Assembly: GCA_000246735.1 (NCBI GenBank)
Contig: CM001443.1
Coordinates: forward strand, 1,176,777-1,240,776
Direction: 5' to 3'
Length of the DNA stretch: 64,000 bases
Source: an uncultured Candidatus Poseidoniales archaeon
GTDB lineage: Archaea > Thermoplasmatota > Poseidoniia > Poseidoniales > Poseidoniaceae
In this document: positions 7,283 to 15,354 of the stretch, one piece after another
How the letters are laid out: each line of letters opens with the position of its first letter
Numbering within the stretch: position 1 is the stretch's first letter
Made by a program: the position numbers and the translations under genes
The notes under the pieces: generated by a model
Seen by the model: the letters and a program-made list of their open reading frames with translations, nothing else
Database searches by the model: none
Told to the model about the DNA's origin: nothing

Positions 7283-9490
7283 TCACTCTGAGTAGTACGA
7301 TTCCGGGTAAGGTTCTGGCTTCAGACCCTTTCGAGTTCGGATCTCTGCGACGACCTTGTCAAACAACTGAGGTGGGAGTTGTTGGAATCCGAGGTTCTCG
7401 GTGTTCCAAACAGCTCGTCCTTGTGATGCTGCACGTATATCGTTGGAGAAACCGAATGTTTCTGCGATTGGTAGAACACCAACAACGGTCGTGACTTCAC
7501 CTTCTGATGGCATATCTTCGATAATACCACGGCGGTTGGTCACTTCACGGGTCACTTGACCCAACCAGTTGTTAGGGACGGACACGAATGCCTTCTGCAT
7601 TGGTTCGAGAAGAACGGTGCGTGCTCGGAGCATAGCGCCCTTGATTCCGTTTCGAACTGCTGGGATGGTTTGAGCAGGGCCACGGTGGATGGCGTCTTCG
7701 TGCAACTTTGCGTCAACAAGTCGGATGAACATACCTTGAACCGGTTCGTCAGCGATTGGGCCTTTCACACAAACAGCGTTGAAAGCTTCAATGATGAGTT
7801 CACGAGTTTCGTGGAGTCCTTGAATACCCTTGGTGTCATTGACAAGAACGTTGGTTCCCTTGATGGCGTAGATCTTTCGCATCAAGTCCTTGTTCATTCC
7901 AAGTTCACCGAATTTGTTTCCAGTTTCCTTTGCGTCACTGGAGCGGACCGGGCCATCTCCAAGGTCGCCATTGCGGAGTGCAGCAACAACTTCCTCGCTG
8001 AGTGGTTCAATTTCAAAGAAGAAACGGTTGTGTCGGTTCGGGGACTTGCCCTCGAATGCACTGCCACGGTTGTTCCCTTCGATACCTTCACGGTAGACGA
8101 CAATAGGTGGACTGACCTTGACCTTGATGTTCTGCTCTTCTTCAATTCGGTAAACGGTGATTTCCAAATGAAGTTCACCCATACCAGCGAGCAATGCTTC
8201 TCCGGTTTCTGCATTTGTTGTCACTTGCAAGGAAGCGTCAGCTTTAGCGAGGGAGCGCAATGCGTCGATAAACTTTGGAAGGTCCTTCATGCTCTTTGGC
8301 TCGACAGCAACGGTCACCACTGGATCTGAGTAGTGTCGAATTGCTTCGAATGGAGTGAAGTCCTTGTCGTGAGAGAGGGTCACACCAGCGGCCGCTGATC
8401 GGATACCGGTGAGCGCTGCGATGTTACCTGCAACGACCTTTGGAACTGGAATTCGGTCACCGCCAACCATCATGCTCACTTGTTGAACACGTTCTGGCTT
8501 TGCTGCACCAATAGCGTACACTGATTCACCCATTGCGATTGCACCGGAGTAAATTCGGCCAACAGCCACTTCACCAGCGTGAGGGTCCATCCAGATCTTT
8601 GTAATCATCATGGCCAACTCAGCCTCTGGATCGCAAGAAAGCATCGACTTTCCAATTTCGGACTCAAGGTCACCGGTCCAAATGTTAGGGACACGGTATG
8701 GCTGTGCTTCGACAGGTCCTGGCAACTTGGTAACTGCCATGTCAAGAAGAACTTCGTGGACCGGTGCTTTCTCAGCGAGGGTCTTTTGGTCTTCATTGTT
8801 ACAGTATTCGAAAATTTGCTTGAATGAAATGTTGGACTTGGCCATGTAAGGGACGGTGATTCCCCAGTTGTGGTAAGCCGAACCGAATGCAACAGTTCCG
8901 TCAGCAACTGAAACTTGCCAGGCCTTCTTGAATTCTTCAGGAGCGAATTGCTTGATGAGCTTGTTGACCTTCTTGATGGTCTCAGTGAATCGAGCCATCA
9001 TGTCTTCTGGAGTCACTTGCAATTCATTGATCAACCGATCGACCTTGTTGATGAACAGAACCGGCTTCACCTTTTCCTTGAGGGCTTGGCGAACGACTGT
9101 TTCAGTTTGAGGCATTGGACCCTCGACAGCGCAAGCGAGGATGAAACATCCGTCAACTGCACGCATTGCACGGGTCACGTCGCCACCGAAGTCAACGTGA
9201 CCTGGTGTGTCGATGAGGTTGATGAGGTAGTCTGTGCCTTCAACTGCGTGGACCATTGAAGCGGATGCAGCGTTGATTGTGATACCACGAGCAGATTCTT
9301 GTTCATCGAAATCGAGAACGCGGGCGGAACCAGCAAGGTCGCTGGACATCATTCCAGCACCTGCGATGAGGTTGTCGGAAAGTGTAGTTTTTCCGTGATC
9401 AATGTGTGCTGCGATGCACAAGTTTCGGATTTGCGGCAAAATGTGCATGACCTCTGTGGCCTTCTTGATGTTGTCTTCCTTTCGTCCCAT
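7283..9490 (-). CDS. fusA: Translation elongation factor 2 (aEF-2)
   Basis: GTPase motifs AHIDHGKTT, DTPGHVDF and NKVD. Diphthamide loop HEDAIHRGPAQ. Length of 735 aa is typical. A GGTGAT Shine-Dalgarno sits 4 nt upstream of the ATG. Confidence 0.97.
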   Translation of the reverse strand: MGRKEDNIKKATEVMHILPQIRNLCIAAHIDHGKTTLSDNLIAGAGMMSSDLAGSARVLDFDEQESARGITINAASASMVHAVEGTDYLINLIDTPGHVDFGGDVTRAMRAVDGCFILACAVEGPMPQTETVVRQALKEKVKPVLFINKVDRLINELQVTPEDMMARFTETIKKVNKLIKQFAPEEFKKAWQVSVADGTVAFGSAYHNWGITVPYMAKSNISFKQIFEYCNNEDQKTLAEKAPVHEVLLDMAVTKLPGPVEAQPYRVPNIWTGDLESEIGKSMLSCDPEAELAMMITKIWMDPHAGEVAVGRIYSGAIAMGESVYAIGAAKPERVQQVSMMVGGDRIPVPKVVAGNIAALTGIRSAAAGVTLSHDKDFTPFEAIRHYSDPVVTVAVEPKSMKDLPKFIDALRSLAKADASLQVTTNAETGEALLAGMGELHLEITVYRIEEEQNIKVKVSPPIVVYREGIEGNNRGSAFEGKSPNRHNRFFFEIEPLSEEVVAALRNGDLGDGPVRSSDAKETGNKFGELGMNKDLMRKIYAIKGTNVLVNDTKGIQGLHETRELIIEAFNAVCVKGPIADEPVQGMFIRLVDAKLHEDAIHRGPAQTIPAVRNGIKGAMLRARTVLLEPMQKAFVSVPNNWLGQVTREVTNRRGIIEDMPSEGEVTTVVGVLPIAETFGFSNDIRAASQGRAVWNTENLGFQQLPPQLFDKVVAEIRTRKGLKPEPYPESYYSE

Positions 9491-9570
9491 GAAATCACCA
9501 GTGACTTCTCGTCAAACTTGCCCACCTGAAAGGGGTTCTTAAGTGACTCGCACGGAACCCAAAGAAAGCC

Positions 9571-9626
9571 ACACTGTGAAGCGACAGAGTTTGCACTCAC
9601 AGTGTCGTTGCCGAGGGATCACCTCG
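9571..9626 (-). promoter_or_regulatory. Two hairpins in the rps7-fusA spacer, one sequestering a perfect anti-16S (Shine-Dalgarno) decamer
   Basis: 9571-9579 acactgtga pairs with 9597-9605 tcacagtgt (9 bp stem, 17-nt loop). 9612-9626 cgagggatcacctcg forms a 5-bp stem. On the mRNA strand it reads CGAGGTGATCCCTCG, where GAGGTGATCC is complementary to the canonical 16S 3' end. Confidence 0.4.
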
Positions 9627-9649
9627 ACGGATTTATGGCGTAGTTTTCC

Positions 9650-10279
9650 TCATCGAGCGGATGCAGCGATGCGCTCCAACTCTTCCTTCTTGCCAACAGC
9701 AAAGGAGGTCACGTCGCCTGCAGCAGCCTTGGTCAACTCGTTGGTGATGCAGTTGGTGAGGGTGCGCTTTGACTTGTGGGTGCCCTGTTGAGCGCCCTTT
9801 GCGAGGTTGCGAAGCGCAACGTCAAGTCGGCGGGATGGTGAGGAGTCAACGGCCTTGGGCTGTGAAACTGCACCGAATTTGATTCGAGTGATCTCTTCCA
9901 TTGGTGCAGCGTTGCACAATGCGTCCACGAAGGTTTGCAATGGGTTGCCGCCAGACTTTGCAGCGATGGTGTCGAGTGATGTCTCGAATGCCTTCATTGC
10001 GCCTTGCTTCTTTCCAGTGTAAGGACCGGTTCGCATGAGCTTGTTGATGTAACGCTCAACGACGGACAACTTTGCCTTGCCGAACCAAGCGTTTGCGTGG
10101 CGTCCACCTGTGTGAGGAACACCCACGGTTGTGAGGTTGATGTAAGGTGCAAGTCCAGGATCCTTGCATGTGATGCCGGATGCGTCCCACTTGCCAAAGA
10201 CGAGTGTTCCAATTCCTGCAATCGGTCGAACTTCTTCGACTTCTTCGACGGTTTCTGTAACTGTTTCGGATTCGGACAT
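9650..10279 (-). CDS. rps7: 30S ribosomal protein S7 (uS7)
   Basis: MSESETV...FGKWDASGITCKDPGLAPYINL...VPHTGGRHA...KAMKAFETSLDIIA-type uS7 blocks. Start moved to ATG 10279, because the longer ORF to 10408 overlaps rps12. Confidence 0.93.
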   Translation of the reverse strand: MSESETVTETVEEVEEVRPIAGIGTLVFGKWDASGITCKDPGLAPYINLTTVGVPHTGGRHANAWFGKAKLSVVERYINKLMRTGPYTGKKQGAMKAFETSLDTIAAKSGGNPLQTFVDALCNAAPMEEITRIKFGAVSQPKAVDSSPSRRLDVALRNLAKGAQQGTHKSKRTLTNCITNELTKAAAGDVTSFAVGKKEELERIAASAR

Positions 10280-10289
10280 GATGCACACC

Positions 10290-10718
10290 TCAGCGGACAG
10301 GCTTCTCCTTTCGGCCACGGACCATCTCATCGAGTGAGACACCGTTGACTTGGATGACCTTGTAACGGACACCAGGAATGTCACCGTACGAACGACCCAT
10401 GCGTCCACCGATACCTTCGACCATCACTTCATCGTGTTCGTCGATGAAGTTGATTGCACCATCGCCAGGAGCGAATGCTGTGAGTTTGTTTCCGTTCTTG
10501 ATCAATGAAATCTTGACCGCCTTGCGGATTCCGGAGTTAGGTTGCTTTGCTTCGATACCGACTTTTTCAATAACGATACCCTTTGCTTGAGTGGACCCAG
10601 CAAGGGGGTCGTGCTTTGCTCGCGACTTGAGCATTCGCTTCTTGTATCGACGGTCCGACCATCGAAACTTTTGGCGGTCTTTTGCCATTTTAGCACCAGC
10701 GAAGAGTCCTCTACCCAT
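10290..10718 (-). CDS. rps12: 30S ribosomal protein S12 (uS12)
   Basis: [22 protein letters not shown]...[48 protein letters not shown]...[10 protein letters not shown]. The ORF-track extension to 11390 is a spurious upstream extension antisense to the UbiD gene. Confidence 0.95.
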   Translation of the reverse strand: MGRGLFAGAKMAKDRQKFRWSDRRYKKRMLKSRAKHDPLAGSTQAKGIVIEKVGIEAKQPNSGIRKAVKISLIKNGNKLTAFAPGDGAINFIDEHDEVMVEGIGGRMGRSYGDIPGVRYKVIQVNGVSLDEMVRGRKEKPVR

Positions 10719-10759
10719 GATAATCACTGCATTGAAGCATTTCGCCGACTTGAAGCCCC

Positions 10760-10766
10760 TATTTAA
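10760..10766 (-). promoter_or_regulatory. Candidate TATA box of the rps12-rps7-fusA operon
   Basis: The minus strand reads TTAAATA about 42-48 nt upstream of the rps12 ATG, and GTGAT (a partial Shine-Dalgarno) lies between it and the ATG. It sits in a 204-nt divergent intergenic region. Confidence 0.3.
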
Positions 10767-10922
10767 CAACAACCATAGAAGCGAGTGAGGCCGTTCCATC
10801 TCCGAATGCGGGATGTGGTTTGAAATCATCGGAAAACGACTCAAAATCAAAGGTTCGAAACCATGCCAGCCGGCGGTGTTTTCTGAACGAAAGTTCAAGC
10901 GGGGGTTGCCGGTGGCCGCACC

Positions 10923-12194
10923 ATGGCGTTTCGAGACCACCTGGCAGCGGCTCAAATTGAAAGCGAACCGGTGAGCATCATTCACGGACTTTGGGAACAT
11001 TCCAGAGCATCGAATCATGCACTTACGGTGTTTGACAACCTCATCGAAACGCCCGGCCACCGAGCAGCGGTGAACATCCTCACACGCGACCGGCTGTGTC
11101 AAGCAATTGGGATCACGCCAGAAGAGTACATCGATACCCTCGGCTGGGCGATGGCCAACCCGAGTGAACCTGTGATTGTGGACGCTTCGGAAGCTGAATG
11201 CTTTGACAATATCCAGGAAAATGTGAACATCATGGATTTGCCAATTCCCCACCACTGGCCACAAGACCGTGGGCGATATTCTTCTGCCAGCGTGATCATC
11301 GCAGAAGACAACGGCATCCGCAACATGTCCTTCCATCGACAATTTGTCCGCGACGAAAATCATCTCGTGGTTCGGTTGGTTCCACGTCACCTACGCACCA
11401 TGACCATGAATGCGAGGAAGACTGGTGGCGAAGTGAACATCGCTGTTGTCAACGCACCTGACCCGGTGGTTCTTCTTGCAGCGGCTATGTCGTTTGATGA
11501 CAACATCGACGAGTTAACCATCGCAGCCGCCCTTCACGAGAAACTCTACGGCAAGCCACTTCGCTTGACACGAATGCCAAACGGTATCTTGGCTCCCGCA
11601 GATGCAGAGTACGTCCTTTACGGGCGAATCACCGGAGAGAATGACGATGAGGGCCCCTATGTCGATATTACCGGCACCGTCGATGATGTCCGTCAGGAGC
11701 CTGTGATCGAAATTGAAGGCGTGATTCACCGAGACAACCCAATTTTCCACGCTCTTATTCCAGGTGAAGCAGAGCACAAGACATTGATGGGCTTACCACG
11801 TGCCCCAACCATCAAATCAGCGATCAACGAAGTTTGTGAATGCCTTGATGTTCACATGACTGAAGGTGGCTGTGGATGGCTCGCAGCTGTTGTCAAGATT
11901 CGTCGAACCAAGGAAGACGATCCAAAGAACGCCATCATGGCAGCACTTGCAGGCCACCGAAGCATGAAGATGGTCACAATTGTTGACGAGGACATTGACA
12001 TCACCGATCCAGTCCGTGTCGAATGGGCAAAGGTTACCCGTTGGCAACCAGATGTCGACACCATCATTCTCTCGCATCAAAAGGGGAGTTCACTCGACCC
12101 ATCACGTGACAACGACGGTTTGACTGCAAAGGTTGGATTTGATGCAACACTTCCATGGGGCGTCGACCATGAGGGATTCAAATCCGTTCAGTGA
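10923..12194 (+). CDS. UbiD-family (prenyl-FMN dependent) decarboxylase
   Basis: 423 aa with UbiD-type blocks: [76 protein letters not shown]. Substrate not assignable by eye. Confidence 0.8.
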   Translation: MAFRDHLAAAQIESEPVSIIHGLWEHSRASNHALTVFDNLIETPGHRAAVNILTRDRLCQAIGITPEEYIDTLGWAMANPSEPVIVDASEAECFDNIQENVNIMDLPIPHHWPQDRGRYSSASVIIAEDNGIRNMSFHRQFVRDENHLVVRLVPRHLRTMTMNARKTGGEVNIAVVNAPDPVVLLAAAMSFDDNIDELTIAAALHEKLYGKPLRLTRMPNGILAPADAEYVLYGRITGENDDEGPYVDITGTVDDVRQEPVIEIEGVIHRDNPIFHALIPGEAEHKTLMGLPRAPTIKSAINEVCECLDVHMTEGGCGWLAAVVKIRRTKEDDPKNAIMAALAGHRSMKMVTIVDEDIDITDPVRVEWAKVTRWQPDVDTIILSHQKGSSLDPSRDNDGLTAKVGFDATLPWGVDHEGFKSVQ

Positions 12195-12241
12195 TGCGAA
12201 CCACCCGCAGGTTTGTTAGGTGAACCTCTCCAGTTCAGGCT

Positions 12242-13258
12242 ATGTCGGGGGACAATGCATCGTTGCTCCAACACCCTCGAAGGAACCTTGGCAATCGTTA
12301 CAGGTCGCAAGCGCAGAAGTTTGCACGTCTTGCGGCAAAAGATGAACTCCGGTTCAGTGAGAACATGGCGTGGGCAGAGCAAAACGCACGTCAAGCACTC
12401 TTGCACGATTTTACAGATGAACAAAATTGGCGGTGCCTTGCAGATCTGAAATTGATTCTTGGTGACAGTGATGGTCTCGCTGCGCTGCTCGAAGACTTGT
12501 TTGTGGTTCTTGGACGGGACGCAGACCAAGTGGACCAACTCAAGGGCATTGATTTTCTCATGGTGGGCGTTGAATTGCTCGAGGCTGCTTTTCTCAAAGA
12601 TCCGCTGGAACCCGATGTGTGGTGGGCCTTGTTGGAATCAATGGAGAGCACCGATGAAGCAGTGAATGATTTTTCTGAACGCTGTAAAAGGTTGGATTTC
12701 AGTGACCAGCGTGCCAACATTGTCTATGGTCGGAGGCTAGAGCGACTCCGTGCAAACGGTCGCGAAGAGACCTTTATCGAACTCTCACGGCATTTGCTTG
12801 CTCATCGTCCGAATAATCATGAATTATGGATGGAGTTGGGCCGATTGTATGAGCGGCGAAGTGAATCAGATGAAGCATGGTTGTGCTATGACCACGTTCA
12901 ACAACTCCGTCCGCACACCACCCCTCGAGATGAATACTTGGCCAGATTAAAGGAGGGCATGGATGGCAAATCTGCCAGCCCATGGACAAGGCCAACGGTG
13001 GAGAAGCGCTCGGAGTTCCTCAACCAAATGCAGTCACTTTCTCAACGAATTTCAGTTTCTTCGCCACTCTCCGAGCCGGTTGTTAACGAACCGGAGGAGC
13101 AACAGAAAGATCCTGATCTTGTTCGCTTAGAGGTCTTGATGGAAGCCGGTGATGCATCCGAGGCGTTCTTCCTCGCACGACGGCTTGTGGCGAACGGTGA
13201 GGCTTGGGCGGAAACGTGGGTCGAGAAAGCCAAAGCTACGTTCGAGGCTTCATCATGA
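12242..13258 (+). CDS. Hypothetical alpha-helical (TPR-like) protein
   Basis: 338-aa ORF with helical-repeat character (e.g. ELWMELGRLYERRSESDEAWLCYDHVQQLRP). ATGA overlap with the downstream Nudix gene. Confidence 0.5.
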   Translation: MSGDNASLLQHPRRNLGNRYRSQAQKFARLAAKDELRFSENMAWAEQNARQALLHDFTDEQNWRCLADLKLILGDSDGLAALLEDLFVVLGRDADQVDQLKGIDFLMVGVELLEAAFLKDPLEPDVWWALLESMESTDEAVNDFSERCKRLDFSDQRANIVYGRRLERLRANGREETFIELSRHLLAHRPNNHELWMELGRLYERRSESDEAWLCYDHVQQLRPHTTPRDEYLARLKEGMDGKSASPWTRPTVEKRSEFLNQMQSLSQRISVSSPLSEPVVNEPEEQQKDPDLVRLEVLMEAGDASEAFFLARRLVANGEAWAETWVEKAKATFEASS

Positions 13259-13659
13259 CTGTCATCGACCCAGTGTTTGTGTTGGCATGGGTTACAATTC
13301 GTGGCCAAGCACCACAACCGCTTGGTAAAGGCGCAGAGGTTCTGTTCGTTCACCACCCGACACGTGGGTGGGAAATACCAGGCGGTCATCTTGAAGCAGG
13401 GGAGTCACCTTCAGAAGCGATGCTCAGAGAATTACAGGAAGAAACCGGCCTTGTTGGGGAGATAAAAATGTGGAACAAAACGTACTATCCTAAAGGGTGG
13501 GTCGCCCATGTCGAGGTTGAAAAAACTTCGACCAATGCATGGGTGGTTGATGATTCAAAAGTCGCTGAAGTTCGATGGTGGAACGAAGTCCCTCCGTTGA
13601 TGGAGTGGACTGTCGAGGAATTCGAAGACCTGTCTGAATGGCATTGTCAACGTTCATGA
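13255..13659 (+). CDS. Nudix hydrolase
   Basis: Nudix box GGHLEAGESPSEAMLRELQEETGL. The ATG at 13255 overlaps the upstream stop (ATGA). Confidence 0.85.
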   Translation: MTVIDPVFVLAWVTIRGQAPQPLGKGAEVLFVHHPTRGWEIPGGHLEAGESPSEAMLRELQEETGLVGEIKMWNKTYYPKGWVAHVEVEKTSTNAWVVDDSKVAEVRWWNEVPPLMEWTVEEFEDLSEWHCQRS

Positions 13660-13677
13660 AGGAGCGCAACGGTTGCG

Positions 13678-15354
13678 TCAATCTTCAGTCGCGAGGATTA
13701 AATGGTCCTGGGATTCGATACTGACGCCCCAATAAAGACCGTCATATGGTGTGACCATGCAAGCGATCGTTGTGCCATTCGTGAGGTTTGCACTGTAGGT
13801 TGATGTGTTCGCAGCGTAACTGTTGTTGATGAACCAGATAATGGTCGAATTATCAGAGTCACCTTGTGCGTCGCTGAAGATGTAACCGCAGGAAAACATG
13901 GTTGTGTTCGTCGTCCCATTGACTTCGACTGTAACATTGTTCACAGAAGGGGTCTGATTTGTCCATTCTGCCTCTGTGATCACAATTCCGCTCGGCATGT
14001 AAATGGCAAAGGGACTCCCTCCACCTGGGAGCAGATCGGCAATTGTGTCGTTACCGCCACCCATTTGTAATGTGAATCCGTTCCACACTGCGAGGTGTTG
14101 AGCGGTGAACACATCACCTGGTGCAGGGTCGGCGAAGACGCTCATGTTCGCGCCAAATGTGGAGGAACCAAGGTAGGCCATGGTAGGGACGCCTGGGTGG
14201 CTCCAGAAGTAACCAGTCGGTGCGTGCTCGACGATTCCTTGAGGCATGTAGATGGCGAATGGGCTTCCGCCTGATGGCAGTAAATCCTCGTAGGTATCTG
14301 TCCCACCGCCTGGGAAGGCTGCAGCAAAACCATTCCACACAGCAAGGTGCTGGGCAGTGAATACATCACCATTGCTGGGGTCGCCGAAGACACTCATGTT
14401 TGTATTGAATGTTGAGGCCCCAAGGTAAGCCATCGTGTCAATGCCCGCCTGTGTCCAAAGGAACCCAGTTGGTTTGTAATCAACAATACCCATTGGCATG
14501 TAGATTGCGAAAGGACTTCCACCGCCAACGAGTAAATCCTCAATGGTGTCATTGCCACCACCCATCGTGGCAGTGTAGCCATTCCAAATCGCCAAATCTT
14601 GTTCGGTGAACTCGTCACCTGCGATTGGATCGCCGTAAACGCTCATGTTTGCATTGAATGTTGATGCGCCCAGGTAAGCCATTGTATCGATGCCGACCTG
14701 AGTCCAAATAAATCCAGTTTCATTGCCGTTTCCGCTGACTGAATCGAGCATGCTTTGCAACCAAGCATCCATGTCCTCTTGCCACCAATTAGGAGAGATT
14801 CCCAGAAGTTCAGCACAATCGATGTTGGCTTGGTTCGTAGGGTCGTAGTCGGTAGTGTTTCCATCGCCGAGCGAGTGATAGGTGATTCGGGCACAATCAA
14901 TGTATTCTTTGTCACTCCCCTCGACAGCATAGTGCACCGAATAGAACTCATTGAATCCATACGTGAACATGAGGATGAACACAACAGCAAGCGTCGATAG
15001 ATATGGGACTGGGCGCAATCCCCCTGCGATTAACCATCGACTTGGAAGTTCGTCGAAGATGATGTCTTGGCTGGATTCCGCAGAAGATTCCACAGAAGCT
15101 TCCCCAGAGTTTTCGGATTCATCCTCTATGGTTCCTTCTTCACCGCTCATTGTAGCATCTGAAGATTCTATATCGATCTTGGATTCAGTTGCCTCGTCGA
15201 AATCTTGCCCTGCTTCACCAGCGGGTTGAACCTCGGAGGCCAGGATGCGTGTTGTGAGTTCAGCTTTTGTCCCTGAAGTGTCTATGTTAAGGGATTTGGC
15301 CATCTCAATAAGTTCATCCTTTTTGAGGTTCATCAAGTCTTTTTCCGTCCGCAT
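13678..15354 (-). CDS. Type-II membrane protein: N-terminal HeH/SAP-like motif, acidic linker, one TM helix, three 84-aa tandem repeats, sequon-rich C-terminal domain
   Basis: The start at ATG 15354 overlaps the upstream stop by 1 nt (TGATG). HeH-like LKKDELIEMAKSLNIDTSGTKAELTTRILAS. TM helix PYLSTLAVVFILMFTYGF. Repeats TGF(I/L)WTQ.GIDTMAYLGASTFN.NMSV(Y/F)GDP..GD.FT.Q.LA.WNG......GG.DT.EDLL..GGSPFAIYMP.GIV. Nine N-x-S/T sequons in the last ~65 aa. Confidence 0.7.
   Translation of the reverse strand: MRTEKDLMNLKKDELIEMAKSLNIDTSGTKAELTTRILASEVQPAGEAGQDFDEATESKIDIESSDATMSGEEGTIEDESENSGEASVESSAESSQDIIFDELPSRWLIAGGLRPVPYLSTLAVVFILMFTYGFNEFYSVHYAVEGSDKEYIDCARITYHSLGDGNTTDYDPTNQANIDCAELLGISPNWWQEDMDAWLQSMLDSVSGNGNETGFIWTQVGIDTMAYLGASTFNANMSVYGDPIAGDEFTEQDLAIWNGYTATMGGGNDTIEDLLVGGGSPFAIYMPMGIVDYKPTGFLWTQAGIDTMAYLGASTFNTNMSVFGDPSNGDVFTAQHLAVWNGFAAAFPGGGTDTYEDLLPSGGSPFAIYMPQGIVEHAPTGYFWSHPGVPTMAYLGSSTFGANMSVFADPAPGDVFTAQHLAVWNGFTLQMGGGNDTIADLLPGGGSPFAIYMPSGIVITEAEWTNQTPSVNNVTVEVNGTTNTTMFSCGYIFSDAQGDSDNSTIIWFINNSYAANTSTYSANLTNGTTIACMVTPYDGLYWGVSIESQDHLILATED
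13966..14718 (-). repeat. Three in-frame tandem coding repeats (~252 nt / 83-84 aa each)
   Basis: Protein repeats at residues 235-317, 318-401 and 402-485 (ORF-track numbering) align without gaps. Off-frame ORFs in the track also recur with the same period. Confidence 0.85.

Noticed and set aside
9349-9600. 83-aa ORF starting at a GTG 15 nt downstream of the perfect Shine-Dalgarno decamer in the rps7-fusA spacer
   Set aside because: The spacing is too long for that Shine-Dalgarno. The ORF overlaps the fusA start out of frame, and its translation has no protein-like features. I kept the decamer and hairpins as a regulatory observation instead.
10852-10862. ggttcgaaacc, reminiscent of a tRNA T-loop, in the rps12/UbiD intergenic region
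   Set aside because: The flanking bases do not form a T-stem (AAAGG versus CCATG), and no acceptor, D or anticodon arms can be drawn. I found no convincing tRNA anywhere in the window.
10719-11390. Upstream extension that makes the rps12 ORF 366 aa in the track
   Set aside because: uS12 homology begins at [10 protein letters not shown] (ATG 10718). The extension is antisense to the UbiD-family gene and has no ribosomal-protein similarity. Comparable extensions were trimmed for IPK (4050), rps7 (10408), psmA (23740), purB (25860), trkA (46362), lhr (39566), glyS (39868) and ArsA (48826).
13966-14718. Regular 252-nt periodicity that could superficially suggest a repeat array
   Set aside because: The repeats are in frame and contiguous without unique spacers, and they encode a conserved 84-aa protein unit inside a long ORF. 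This is a coding tandem repeat, not a CRISPR array or satellite.
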